Below are positions 15,827-25,028 of a DNA stretch of 64,000 nt, piece by piece. A program made the translations under genes and the position numbers. This DNA is from an uncultured Myxococcales bacterium (GTDB taxonomy: Bacteria; Myxococcota_A; Polyangia; Fen-1088), in contig CAZJMY010000424.1 in assembly GCA_964546845.1 (NCBI GenBank), positions 23,672-87,671 of the forward strand, in the 5' to 3' direction. The notes under the pieces are model-generated. The model made no database searches and was not told where the DNA came from. It saw nothing but the letters and a program-made list of their open reading frames with translations. Position 1 is the first letter of the stretch; every line of letters begins with the position of its first letter.

Positions 15827-18800
15827 CTATTGCGTTTGAGTCGCGGCGGGCCAGACCACCTGGCGCGCCGTCGGTCGGTGAAGGATGTAGCTGGAGACCC
15901 CACCCAGGAACACGAGGCCGGCTGCGATCTCGCCGATGACCAGGCTGCGGCCAGGGAACGTGACGTAGATGCTCGCCACGGCGAACCCGGCAGCGAGGGC
16001 AGCCCCCGTCGCGACGATGGCCGCGTCAATCTGTTGCCGCCGGAGTAGCTGGCGCGCGCCGAGCTCCGTGAGCCGGCCCCAGAGCAACTGCTCGAGGCGC
16101 CAGTAGGTGACGATGACGGGGATGATCTCCAACGTCAGGAAAGCCGAGGTCAGCAGTCCGCCCACCATCGGCGCGGCAATCCGCTTCATGACGTCGGAGC
16201 CCGAACTGGTCGCCCAAAGGAGGGGCACCAGCCCGATCAGCATGGTGGAGACCGTCATGAGCTTTGGACGCACGCGCTGAACGGTCCCTTCCATGTGAGC
16301 GGCGACGATGTCGTCGAGGTTGCGGATGAGGCCCGCCGCTTTGCGCCGCTGGAAGGCGTGGTCGATGTACACAATCATGACGATGCCGGTCTGCGCCGCG
16401 AGGCCGACCAAGGCGATGATCCCGACCCAGACAGCCGTCGACAGCCGGTAATCGAGCAGGTACATCAGCCAGACGCTGCCGATGAGCGCGAACGGGATCG
16501 ACAACAGGATGATCAGGACCTCGATGAAGTTCCTGAACTGCAGGAACAGCAGCAGCGTGATGATCAGCAGCGTGACGGGTATGACAACCTTCATGCGCGC
16601 GAGCATCACGGCGAGCTGCTCGTACTGGCCGGTCCACTTCAGGAAGTAGCCGGCAGGTATCTTGAGATCGCCGCTCGCCATGGCCTTGGCTACCACCTCC
16701 TTCGCCTCGTTCACGTAGCCGCCGATGTCGCGCTGGCCTGAGTCGATGTCGACGTAGACGTATCCAACGAGCAGGCCCGCCTCGTCGCGCACCATGGGCG
16801 GGCCGCCGGCTACCTTGATGTCGGCGATCTGGCCGAGCGGGACGAAGCCCTGCCGGGTTGGTGCACCTGCGATACCCCCGACTGGGGCTGCCATCGGCGC
16901 GGCCATGTCGGGACTGCCGGCCATCGAGCCGCCGGACATGGTGCCCATGGGTGGCATCGGCATGTCGGTGGCCGTGGGCGGACCGCTCGGGAGGCGCGGG
17001 CGCGACATGCTCCCGGCGGACGATCCGGCCGACGTGCCGCTGCCCATGCCCTCCATGTTCTGGGCGAGGAAGATGGGGTGCGGCCAGCCCAGGGCGCCGG
17101 CCGACGCGAACATGGTTTTGCCGGGGGTGGTCTCGAGGGCCCCCTGCGAGCCCATCGGGGGCATCCCGCCGCCGGTGCTCGATCCGCCGCCCGAGCTACC
17201 ACCGCCGATCGGCACCAGCACCTGGCGCAGCGACTCGAGGTCACTGCGGAGGTCCTGCGGGTAGCGGACATTTATCGAGAAGCGGTTGCGGCCCTCGACG
17301 GTGGTGCCGATCGGCGCACCGCCGATGGCGCTCTCGATGACGCGCTCGACGTCGGCGATTCGCAGCCCGTAGCGCGCGAGCTCGTCGGGCTTCGGGGTGA
17401 TGTCCAGGTAAAGCCCGCCCAGGTTGCGCTCGTAGAGCACGCTGCGCGTCCCCTTGATGGGCGCCAGCAGGTGCTCGAGCGAGACCCCGACCTTCTCGAC
17501 CTCGTTGAGATCGGTGCCGAACACCTTGATACCGATCGGCGTGCGAACGCCCGTGGTCAGCATGTCGACGCGCGTCTTGATCGGCATCGTCCAGGCGTTG
17601 GTCCAGCCCGGAAACTGCATCTTGCCGTTCATCTCTGTCGTCAGCTCCTCCCACGACAGGCGCTGCTCCTCCGGCCAGATCGGTCGGAAGACCGGTTTGA
17701 GCCATCCGGGCGCCCAGCCCGAGTACCAGCGATCGTGATGCTTCTTCCGCCACTGCTCCGGCGGCCGCAGTTGCACCGTCGTTTCCACCATGGTGATCGG
17801 GGCGGGGTCGGTCGCGCTCTCGACGCGGCCGACCTTGCCGAACACTGTCTCGACCTCGGGGAAGCTGCGCAGGATTCGGTCCTGGTACTGGAGCTGTCGC
17901 TTCGCTTCCTCGATGGAGATGTTGGGGAACGTGATCGGCATGTAGAGGAGGTCGCCCTCGTTGAGCGGCGGCATGAACTCGTTGCCGAGGTGCATGGCGA
18001 CCGGTACCGCCGATGCGAGGGCGAGGAGGCCGATGGCGACCGTCGACTTCGGGCGCCGGAGCGCGACGTAGACGAAGGGTTCGTACAGCCGGATCAGGAA
18101 GCGCGAGACCGGGTGCTTCTTCTCGGGCAGGATCTTCCCGCGGATGAAGAGGTCCTGCAGCGCCGGCGCAAAGGTGATCGACAGCAGCGCCGAGATCAGC
18201 ATGACGAAGGTCTTGGTGTAGGCGAGCGGCTTGAAGAGCCGCCCTGCCTGCCCGTTCAGCGTGAACACTGGCAGGAACGCCACGGCGATGATCAGCAGCG
18301 AGAAGAAGATCGCCGGCGTGACCTCCTTGGCCGCCTCGATCAGGATGCGGTGCCGGTCGGCACCCGGTCCGGCGTGCTCGAGCTTCTTGTGCCCCGCCTC
18401 GATCATCACGATCTGGGCGTCGACCGTGGCGCCGATGGCGATGGCGATGCCACCGAGGCTCATGATCGTCGATGGGATGTCGAGCAGCACCATCGGGATG
18501 AACGACAGGGCCACGCTGATCGGCAGCGACAGGATCGGCAGCAGCGAGCTCCGGAAGTGGAGCAGGAACAGCATGATCACGATGCTGACGACGATCGCTT
18601 CCTCGGTGAGGGCGTGCTTCAGAGTGTCGATCGACCGCTCGATCAGTCCCGACCGGTCGTAGGCGATCTTCAGCTCGACGCCCTCCGGGAAGCTGGGCCT
18701 CAGCTCCTCGATCTTCTTCTTGACGCGGCCGATGACGTCGAGCGCGTTCTCGCCGTAGCGGGTGACGACGACCGCGCCAACCGCCTCACCCTCGCCGTTC

Positions 18801-19636
18801 CATTCAAGGAGTCCGCGCCGGATGTCTGGGCCGAAACGCACGGTGGCGACGTCCTTCACGAGCAACGGGGTGCCGCTCGGCCCGTTCGTGCGGATCGCGA
18901 TCTTCTCTATGGCGCCGAGGTCGTGGATGTAGCCGCGTCCGCGGACGTAGTACTCGCGCCCGGAGAATTCGATGATGCGGCCGCCCACGTCGTTGTTCGA
19001 CTGCCGGATAGCGTCCATGACCTCGGTCACCGTGACCCCGTAGGCGCGCAGGCGGTTGGGGTCGACGGTGACCTGGTACTGCTTCTGGTAGCCGCCCACG
19101 CTCGCTACCTCCGCGACGCCGTTCACGCTGCCGAGCGCGTACCGCAGCGTGAAGTCCTGGAACGTGCGCAGCTCGTCGAGGCTGTGCTTGCCGGACTTGT
19201 CCACCAGCGTGTACTGGAAGGTCCACCCGATTCCGGTGGCGTCGGGGCCGAGCGTCGGACTCACGCCGTCAGGTAGCGCGCCGCGGAGGCCATTCATGTA
19301 CTCGAGCACGCGGCTCCGCGCCCAGTAGATGTCGGTCCCCTCCTCGAAGATCACGTAGACGAACGACATCCCGAACATCGAGAAGCCGCGCACGTCCGTG
19401 ACGTGAGGCGTGCTGATCAGCTTGGACACGATCGGGTACGTGACCTGGTCCTCGATCAGCGTCGGACTTCGGCCCATCCACTCGGTGAAGACGATGACCT
19501 GTGGGTCCGACAGGTCAGGGATGGCGTCCAGCTTCATCTTCTTGATCGACACCAGCGACGCGACGAGCGCGAAGCCGACGCCCAGCAGGACCAGCAGCCG
19601 GTTGCGGGCACAGAACTCGATGATTTTCTCGACCAT
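15827..19636 (-). CDS. cusA: HME-RND efflux pump, CusA-type, with Met-rich insertion and C-terminal extension (1269 aa)
   Basis: TM4 signature AIGATVDAQIVMIE (monovalent Cus class). GAGGAG RBS. A ~118-aa insertion is encoded at ~16850-17213, and ~88 extra C-terminal residues contain two hydrophobic helices. Confidence 0.9.
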   Translation of the reverse strand: MVEKIIEFCARNRLLVLLGVGFALVASLVSIKKMKLDAIPDLSDPQVIVFTEWMGRSPTLIEDQVTYPIVSKLISTPHVTDVRGFSMFGMSFVYVIFEEGTDIYWARSRVLEYMNGLRGALPDGVSPTLGPDATGIGWTFQYTLVDKSGKHSLDELRTFQDFTLRYALGSVNGVAEVASVGGYQKQYQVTVDPNRLRAYGVTVTEVMDAIRQSNNDVGGRIIEFSGREYYVRGRGYIHDLGAIEKIAIRTNGPSGTPLLVKDVATVRFGPDIRRGLLEWNGEGEAVGAVVVTRYGENALDVIGRVKKKIEELRPSFPEGVELKIAYDRSGLIERSIDTLKHALTEEAIVVSIVIMLFLLHFRSSLLPILSLPISVALSFIPMVLLDIPSTIMSLGGIAIAIGATVDAQIVMIEAGHKKLEHAGPGADRHRILIEAAKEVTPAIFFSLLIIAVAFLPVFTLNGQAGRLFKPLAYTKTFVMLISALLSITFAPALQDLFIRGKILPEKKHPVSRFLIRLYEPFVYVALRRPKSTVAIGLLALASAVPVAMHLGNEFMPPLNEGDLLYMPITFPNISIEEAKRQLQYQDRILRSFPEVETVFGKVGRVESATDPAPITMVETTVQLRPPEQWRKKHHDRWYSGWAPGWLKPVFRPIWPEEQRLSWEELTTEMNGKMQFPGWTNAWTMPIKTRVDMLTTGVRTPIGIKVFGTDLNEVEKVGVSLEHLLAPIKGTRSVLYERNLGGLYLDITPKPDELARYGLRIADVERVIESAIGGAPIGTTVEGRNRFSINVRYPQDLRSDLESLRQVLVPIGGGSSGGGSSTGGGMPPMGSQGALETTPGKTMFASAGALGWPHPIFLAQNMEGMGSGTSAGSSAGSMSRPRLPSGPPTATDMPMPPMGTMSGGSMAGSPDMAAPMAAPVGGIAGAPTRQGFVPLGQIADIKVAGGPPMVRDEAGLLVGYVYVDIDSGQRDIGGYVNEAKEVVAKAMASGDLKIPAGYFLKWTGQYEQLAVMLARMKVVIPVTLLIITLLLFLQFRNFIEVLIILLSIPFALIGSVWLMYLLDYRLSTAVWVGIIALVGLAAQTGIVMIVYIDHAFQRRKAAGLIRNLDDIVAAHMEGTVQRVRPKLMTVSTMLIGLVPLLWATSSGSDVMKRIAAPMVGGLLTSAFLTLEIIPVIVTYWRLEQLLWGRLTELGARQLLRRQQIDAAIVATGAALAAGFAVASIYVTFPGRSLVIGEIAAGLVFLGGVSSYILHRPTARQVVWPAATQTQ

Positions 19637-19648
19637 GACGAATTCTCC

Positions 19649-21364
19649 TCAACGCCAAGGCTTCGGGATGGCCTTCTTGCAATCCTCTTCCATCGTTCCC
19701 ATTCCGCGGTGCTGGATCTCGCAGGCGCGGCAGGCCTGGTACTTGTCGGGGAACGTCTTCATGTCGAAGTCGGCGTCGCACGCCGACTTCGGAGCAGCGC
19801 CCCCCGTGGGCGCTTCGCCAGCGCCCGACGTCTGCCCTTCGATCGCCGCGCGGAGGCGGCTCTCGGAGTCGATGAGGAAGTTCCCGGTGGTCACCACCGT
19901 CTCGCCTTCGGCGACTCCGCTCAGGACTTCGACCCGGTCCTTCAGGTGGGAGCCGAGCTTCACCATGCGGGGCTCGAAGTGTCCGTCCTCCTTGGCCACG
20001 AACAGATACTGGGTCTCGCCTGTATCGACGACAGCTTCGGCCGCGACCATGAGGCCGGTCGTGGCCGGCAGGTCCAGGTGGACGGTGCCAAACATCCCGG
20101 GGCGAAGCCGCGGACCGGTGCGATCGAAGCGGTTCCTGAACTCGAGCCGCACCTTGAGCGTTCGACTCGCGGGGTCGACCGTCGGGTAGACGAACTGGAC
20201 CTTCCCTACGTGCGTCTCGCCCGGAAACGAGGTGAGCTCGAACCGGGCGTGCTGCCCGACGCGGATCCGCGACACATCTTGCTCGTAGATGTCCGCCGTC
20301 ACCCAGACCGTCCGAAGATCGGCGACCTGGAACAGTACCGTCCCCGGCTGGACGACGACGCCGACCAGGGCGTTCTTCGCCACGACGTAGCCTTCGACGG
20401 GTGAGCGGATCGCGATCGCGTCCACGGGCTTCCCCGATTTGACGATCTCGTCGATCTCGTGCGCCGAGATGCCCAGGAGCTCGAGCCGCCGACGCGCGTT
20501 GTCTTCCAGGCCGGCAGTCGGCGCCTCGTGATCGTGAACGCCGCCGGTGGCGGGCGGGGTGGCGCTCCAGCCGCGCGTCACCAGCAGCTCTTGTTCCGCG
20601 CGAAGGACGTCCGGGCTGTAGATCGTCGCCAGCACCTGACCGCGCCGCACGCTCTCCCCGGTCGCCGAGACCTTCAGCGACTGAACCCAGCCGCTGAACC
20701 GGGTCGTGACCTGAGCGAGGCCGCGCTCGTTCGCCTCGACCGAGCCGACCGTCCGCAGCTCGCCGCCCAGCGCCTCGCGCTTGACGACGGCGGTCTTCAT
20801 GCCGATGAGCTGGATTCGCTCCGGTGTGAGGTCGACGCCCGCGAGGCCGGGAACGGGAGCGGGCGCTGGCGGCGCGGCTGCCGCGGGCTCCGCTGCCGCT
20901 GGCCGGGGCACCATCTTCATTCCACAGTCGGGACACTTCGCGTTCGGATCGTCGGATGTCCGGTTCGGGTGCATCGGGCAGTAGTACTTGCCACCCGGCT
21001 GCGGCTGGCCTGCCGTTCCCGCCGCGGCCGCCGGCTTCATCGACGGCGACGGCTTCACCGGCCCCGTCGGCTTCGGCACCAGAGTCATGCTGCAGATCGG
21101 GCACTCGCCCGGATGGTCCTGCACCACCGCTGGGTGCATCGGGCAGTAGTAGAGCTGCCCGGACGATTCGGCCGTCGTGCCGCCGATGCGCACGCCCGCG
21201 AAGTGCATGATGGTGCCCACCGCCACCAGCGCGGTCAGGGCGACGAGGACCCACCTCACGATCGCCATCGTATGCGCGCCGCGCGGCGGCCCGACGGGCG
21301 CGGCATCGTCCGGCGGCGGCCCGTCCACCGGCGTCTTGTCGTCAATGCTCTTCAGCGTGCTCAT
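19649..21364 (-). CDS. cusB: RND membrane fusion protein with two N-terminal HMBD modules and Cys-rich C-terminus
   Basis: YYCPMHPAVVQDHPGECPICSMTLVPK and YYCPMHPNRTSDDPNAKCPDCGMKMVPR. MFP core. C-terminus ACDADF...CRACEIQH...EEDC. ATGA overlap with the OMF stop. Confidence 0.9.
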   Translation of the reverse strand: MSTLKSIDDKTPVDGPPPDDAAPVGPPRGAHTMAIVRWVLVALTALVAVGTIMHFAGVRIGGTTAESSGQLYYCPMHPAVVQDHPGECPICSMTLVPKPTGPVKPSPSMKPAAAAGTAGQPQPGGKYYCPMHPNRTSDDPNAKCPDCGMKMVPRPAAAEPAAAAPPAPAPVPGLAGVDLTPERIQLIGMKTAVVKREALGGELRTVGSVEANERGLAQVTTRFSGWVQSLKVSATGESVRRGQVLATIYSPDVLRAEQELLVTRGWSATPPATGGVHDHEAPTAGLEDNARRRLELLGISAHEIDEIVKSGKPVDAIAIRSPVEGYVVAKNALVGVVVQPGTVLFQVADLRTVWVTADIYEQDVSRIRVGQHARFELTSFPGETHVGKVQFVYPTVDPASRTLKVRLEFRNRFDRTGPRLRPGMFGTVHLDLPATTGLMVAAEAVVDTGETQYLFVAKEDGHFEPRMVKLGSHLKDRVEVLSGVAEGETVVTTGNFLIDSESRLRAAIEGQTSGAGEAPTGGAAPKSACDADFDMKTFPDKYQACRACEIQHRGMGTMEEDCKKAIPKPWR

Positions 21365-22656
21365 CGCCTCCCTCCCTCGACGGCGAGCGTCCCTGCCGCG
21401 CGTTCCAGATCGGCCTGGCTCGATGCCAGCTCCGCCAGCGCGCGCACGCGCTCGATGCGGACCTGCAGGTACGAGCGCAGGGCATCCAGGATGGTCGCCG
21501 CGTCGCCGCGTCCACCCGCGTAATCCGCCTGCGCTGCTTCCAGGCTCTTGCGCGCCTGCGCCAGCAGGTCCTGGTCGACGATCGTGAACGATTGCTTGGC
21601 CGAGTCCACGCGCGCCGCCGCATCCCGCAGCTCGTACCGCACGGCTACCTTCGCGGATTCCAGCGCGCGCTGCTCGGCGATTGCCGTCTGCTGCGCTTCC
21701 CGCTCCTCGTCATGGCGGCGGCCGGAGAGCCAGGGCAGGTTGATCGCAACCATCGCGCCGTAGGCGTGCTGGAAATCAGGAAACGTCGGCATGTACCAGT
21801 AGTCGAGGCCGACCATCAGCTGCGGGTACCGCGCCGAGAGGCGCGCGGCATCGAGCAGCGCCTGGCTGCGCCGCACGGCCCGGCTCGCGGCGTCGATCTC
21901 GGGGCGGTTCGCGTCGACGCCGCGCTCGAGCGCGGCGACATCGGCGGACGGCACCACGGTGAGATCTTCGGGCGGCCCGAGCGGCGCGTCGGCTGGGCGA
22001 TTCATGAGGGCGTTCAGGAGCGCCCGGCTCGACCGCTGCTCCCGCTCGATGCGCGCGACGTCGGTGTGAATGCGGGTCAGCTCCAACTCCAGGCGGAGGA
22101 CGTCCTGAACACTGCCGTGGCCCGTGCGCTGATTGAGCTTGGCCAGCTCCACGATCCGCGAGGTGAGGCCGGCGTGCTCGAGGTGCAGGCGCAGCTCCTG
22201 GTCAGATCGGTAGTAGACCGCGTACGTGCGGTGGACCTGCGCTGCGATGTCCTGCCGGCGCGCGCGGAGCGAATCCGCGGCGCTGCCGGCGTCCTCCGCC
22301 GCCGCCCGGCCACGGGCGTCCAGCGTTCCCCACGCCGGGAACGTCTGCCGCACGCCGAACATCACCGTGTTCGCCTCGTTCAGCGCATGAGGCCGCGCCA
22401 GGGGCACGCCCCATTGCTCGTACTTGGCCTCGAGGTCAGGCAGCCGGGACGCCGCCTGGCTGCGCGCCTCCGCGGCGCGCGCGCGTGCCTCGCCTTCCGC
22501 GACGTCGCGGTTTTGCTCCAGCGCGACGCGCAGAATCGTCTCGAGCCGTGCGCTACGGGCCAGCTCGGCCTCGTCGCCGGAGGCGGCCCGCGCGTTCCAA
22601 GCGGGCAGGAAGATGAGACAAGCAATTGCGATCGCAGTCAGTCGAACGGATCTCAT
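21361..22656 (-). CDS. cusC: TolC-like outer membrane factor
   Basis: ATG at 22656 gives the signal peptide MRSVRLTAIAIACLIFLPAWNARA. OMF repeat architecture and operon position. Confidence 0.87.
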   Translation of the reverse strand: MRSVRLTAIAIACLIFLPAWNARAASGDEAELARSARLETILRVALEQNRDVAEGEARARAAEARSQAASRLPDLEAKYEQWGVPLARPHALNEANTVMFGVRQTFPAWGTLDARGRAAAEDAGSAADSLRARRQDIAAQVHRTYAVYYRSDQELRLHLEHAGLTSRIVELAKLNQRTGHGSVQDVLRLELELTRIHTDVARIEREQRSSRALLNALMNRPADAPLGPPEDLTVVPSADVAALERGVDANRPEIDAASRAVRRSQALLDAARLSARYPQLMVGLDYWYMPTFPDFQHAYGAMVAINLPWLSGRRHDEEREAQQTAIAEQRALESAKVAVRYELRDAAARVDSAKQSFTIVDQDLLAQARKSLEAAQADYAGGRGDAATILDALRSYLQVRIERVRALAELASSQADLERAAGTLAVEGGRR

Positions 22657-22759
22657 GAGGCGCTCCCGAATCAGGATCGTTGAGGTTGTGGATACACGAA
22701 TGCCCAGAGCCACCCGGACGCGCGAGCGCGCACGAGTCAGCGTCGGTCGTGATCCGGCC

Positions 22760-23185
22760 TCAGATCAGGAACGCGTGCTTGAGGAGGACGAGGGGCGGGC
22801 CTTCGCGGGCCGGCCCATGTCGCTGCGCTGCCCGATCGAAACGAACGGCAGGAGGTAAGGCGACGGGAGCGAAAGGGGCGAGGAGAGCGACGGCGATGGT
22901 CGGCGTGAGATCGGGGGCCGACGATCGAGCGACGTCGCCTTTTGGCCGCTGGGCGTCCGCGATCTCCTGATCGCAGCAGTCCTGGGCTTTGAGGGTGGGC
23001 CCCGACGGCCGCTCCTCTTTCTGGTGCGAGCAGCAGCATGCCGTCCGCAAGAGGCCGTCGATCCGGCAGCGGAGCATCGCTTGCGCCGGCAGATAGACCA
23101 GCAGCAGCAGGGCAGGCGCGAGCGCCACCACTTTCTGCCAAAGGCTATGCCGCCGTGAAGTCACCTGTCCTAGAGAGTCCGTCAT
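22760..23185 (-). CDS. small single-TM Cys-cluster protein (family member 2)
   Basis: ATG at 23185. TM helix WQKVVALAPALLLLVYL, then RCRIDGLLRTACCCSHQ...AQDCCDQE. C-terminus PPLVLLKHAFLI matches member 3. Confidence 0.55.
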   Translation of the reverse strand: MTDSLGQVTSRRHSLWQKVVALAPALLLLVYLPAQAMLRCRIDGLLRTACCCSHQKEERPSGPTLKAQDCCDQEIADAQRPKGDVARSSAPDLTPTIAVALLAPFAPVALPPAVRFDRAAQRHGPAREGPPLVLLKHAFLI

Positions 23186-23282
23186 CGAGAGATTCCTGTC
23201 AAACCGTGGGGAAACACCGACGGGACTGTGGACAGGCCCGGTCCCGCGGATGCAGGACCGGGCCGATATCAGCCGGGCCGCA

Positions 23283-23768
23283 TTATCGCGAGCAGGCAAG
23301 CAGTCGGACGGCCGGCTTTGTGGCCCGCGGGCACGTCGGCGCCGGGGCAGCGGTCAGGGACACGCCGGGGACGACGGCTGCCTCATACTTGCGCTGCTGC
23401 GCCTCCGCCCACTGCACCATCCCCGACTTGTAGGCCGGGCCACCCATCGCCCGGTACTGCTGGGCGAGCTGGGCGTAGTGCTCGGCTTCGGGCGAGCGCG
23501 TGGCCGCTGGCGGTGCCGACAGCTGCTCCGCGAGCGCCGAGTACTTCGCGGCGTCGGCCTCCGCGCGTTGGATCATGCCGGTCTTGTACCCGACCCCGCC
23601 GAACGCGCGGTAGTGGTCCGCCTGCTCGCGATGGTGCTGCGCCATCGCCTGCGCTTCCGATGCGGTGGTGGGCTCCGCAGCCAATGCCCGGGTTGCGGGC
23701 AGGCCGAGGAGCAGCGCGCCCAGTGCGACAACGAGGTAACGAGAGGTCGATTTCGTCTTGGTAGTCAT
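23283..23768 (-). CDS. periplasmic two-repeat helical protein (family X, copy 1)
   Basis: Signal peptide. Internal repeat HYRAFGGVGYKTGMIQRAEADAAKY / QYRAMGGPAYKSGMVQWAEAQQRKY. Paralogue of 24483..25028. Confidence 0.6.
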   Translation of the reverse strand: MTTKTKSTSRYLVVALGALLLGLPATRALAAEPTTASEAQAMAQHHREQADHYRAFGGVGYKTGMIQRAEADAAKYSALAEQLSAPPAATRSPEAEHYAQLAQQYRAMGGPAYKSGMVQWAEAQQRKYEAAVVPGVSLTAAPAPTCPRATKPAVRLLACSR

Positions 23769-23871
23769 GACACACGTATCCTTTCGGTCCGAATCAGTCC
23801 CGTGAGCCTTTCGGCCGAGGGCGCCACAGGACGACGCGCGCCTCGGTCCGCCGTGCACGAACGGCGGCGGC

Positions 23872-24285
23872 TCAGATCAGGAAGGACTGCTTGGCCAGAA
23901 GGATCGGGACGGCCCGCGGGGGAGGCTGCGCCAGTCGGAAGGCCGGCCGCGTCTCAGCGCTCGGAGCGAAGGTGTCTATCGCGAGGAACGATTCAGGCGC
24001 GAGGAAGACCTTTGCCGTCGGCGCCGCAGCACGCGGCACAGTGACCGCCGTCGTGGGGCGCGCGTCGGCGCGGGAAACGCGGCAGCAACAGGCAGGAGAA
24101 ACCGTGGCCCGGTCAGTCGCGCCGGCAGCCCCGCTGTTGTGCCCGCCCGGGCAGCAGCACTCGGTGCGCGCGACCTGGTCGCCTTCGCAGACGAAGCTGA
24201 GAGCGCCCGACGCGAAGGCCGGCGTCACCAGCAGCGACAATGTCGCCACCGCGATCCAGAGCCTACGCAGACCGCTGAGCCTCAT
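23872..24285 (-). CDS. small single-TM Cys-cluster protein (family member 3)
   Basis: ATG at 24285. Signal/TM segment LWIAVATLSLLVTPAFA, then FVCEGDQVARTECCCPGG...SPACCCRVS. C-terminus VPILLAKQSFLI. Confidence 0.55.
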   Translation of the reverse strand: MRLSGLRRLWIAVATLSLLVTPAFASGALSFVCEGDQVARTECCCPGGHNSGAAGATDRATVSPACCCRVSRADARPTTAVTVPRAAAPTAKVFLAPESFLAIDTFAPSAETRPAFRLAQPPPRAVPILLAKQSFLI

Positions 24286-24482
24286 GCTTGTCGTTACGAA
24301 TGTGACCGCTCGGCGGTTACAACGCAAGGGGCGATGAGCAGGGGCGGCTTGGTGCATGGCGTCCATCGCGGAATCTCGTGCTCTTCACCTGGAGACGCAG
24401 CCGAGACCGAGTCCTTACACCCCGAAAGGTAGAAAGCGTCGATCTCGGCTACATCGAGGGGACGTTTCTGGCGGTGCCAGCA

Positions 24483-25028
24483 TCAATCTCGGACTGCCAG
24501 GAAGCAGACGATCGGCTTACTCGACCGGCAGGAGTGGTCGGTTGTGTGCATCGTTGCCGCGTCAGACATCGCTACCATCTCGTACTTTCGCTGCTGCGCC
24601 TCGGCCCACTGGACCAGGCCGGCCTTGTACGCGACGCCGCCCATCTGGCGGTAGCCCGCGGCTAGCTGCGCGTAGCGGTCGGCCTCAGGCGAGCGCTGCG
24701 CGTCTACTGCGGTGGGCCCGCGCAGCTCGATCGCCAGCGCGGTGTACTTCGCGGCCTCGGCTTCGGCCCGCTGCACGAGGCCCGCCTTGTAGCCGACACC
24801 GCCGAATGCTCTGTAGCGAACAGCGAGCTCACGATAGTGCTGCGCTCTCGCTTCGGCCGCCTCGGGGGTGAAAACCTCGAGCGCCGCGGTCGAAGTCTCC
24901 GCCGCGATCGATTGTGGCGGCGACGCCGTGGCCGTCACGGAAGCTTCGGGCTCCGCGGCCAGCGCGCTCGCAAGGGGGAGGGCGGCCAAGAATGCGCCCA
25001 CGATGACTCTCGAAATGTTGCTCTTCAT
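24483..25028 (-). CDS. periplasmic two-repeat helical protein (family X, copy 2)
   Basis: Signal peptide. Repeats RYRAFGGVGYKAGLVQRAEAEAAKY / GYRQMGGVAYKAGLVQWAEAQQRKY. C-terminal two-Cys tail as in copy 1. Confidence 0.6.
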   Translation of the reverse strand: MKSNISRVIVGAFLAALPLASALAAEPEASVTATASPPQSIAAETSTAALEVFTPEAAEARAQHYRELAVRYRAFGGVGYKAGLVQRAEAEAAKYTALAIELRGPTAVDAQRSPEADRYAQLAAGYRQMGGVAYKAGLVQWAEAQQRKYEMVAMSDAATMHTTDHSCRSSKPIVCFLAVRD

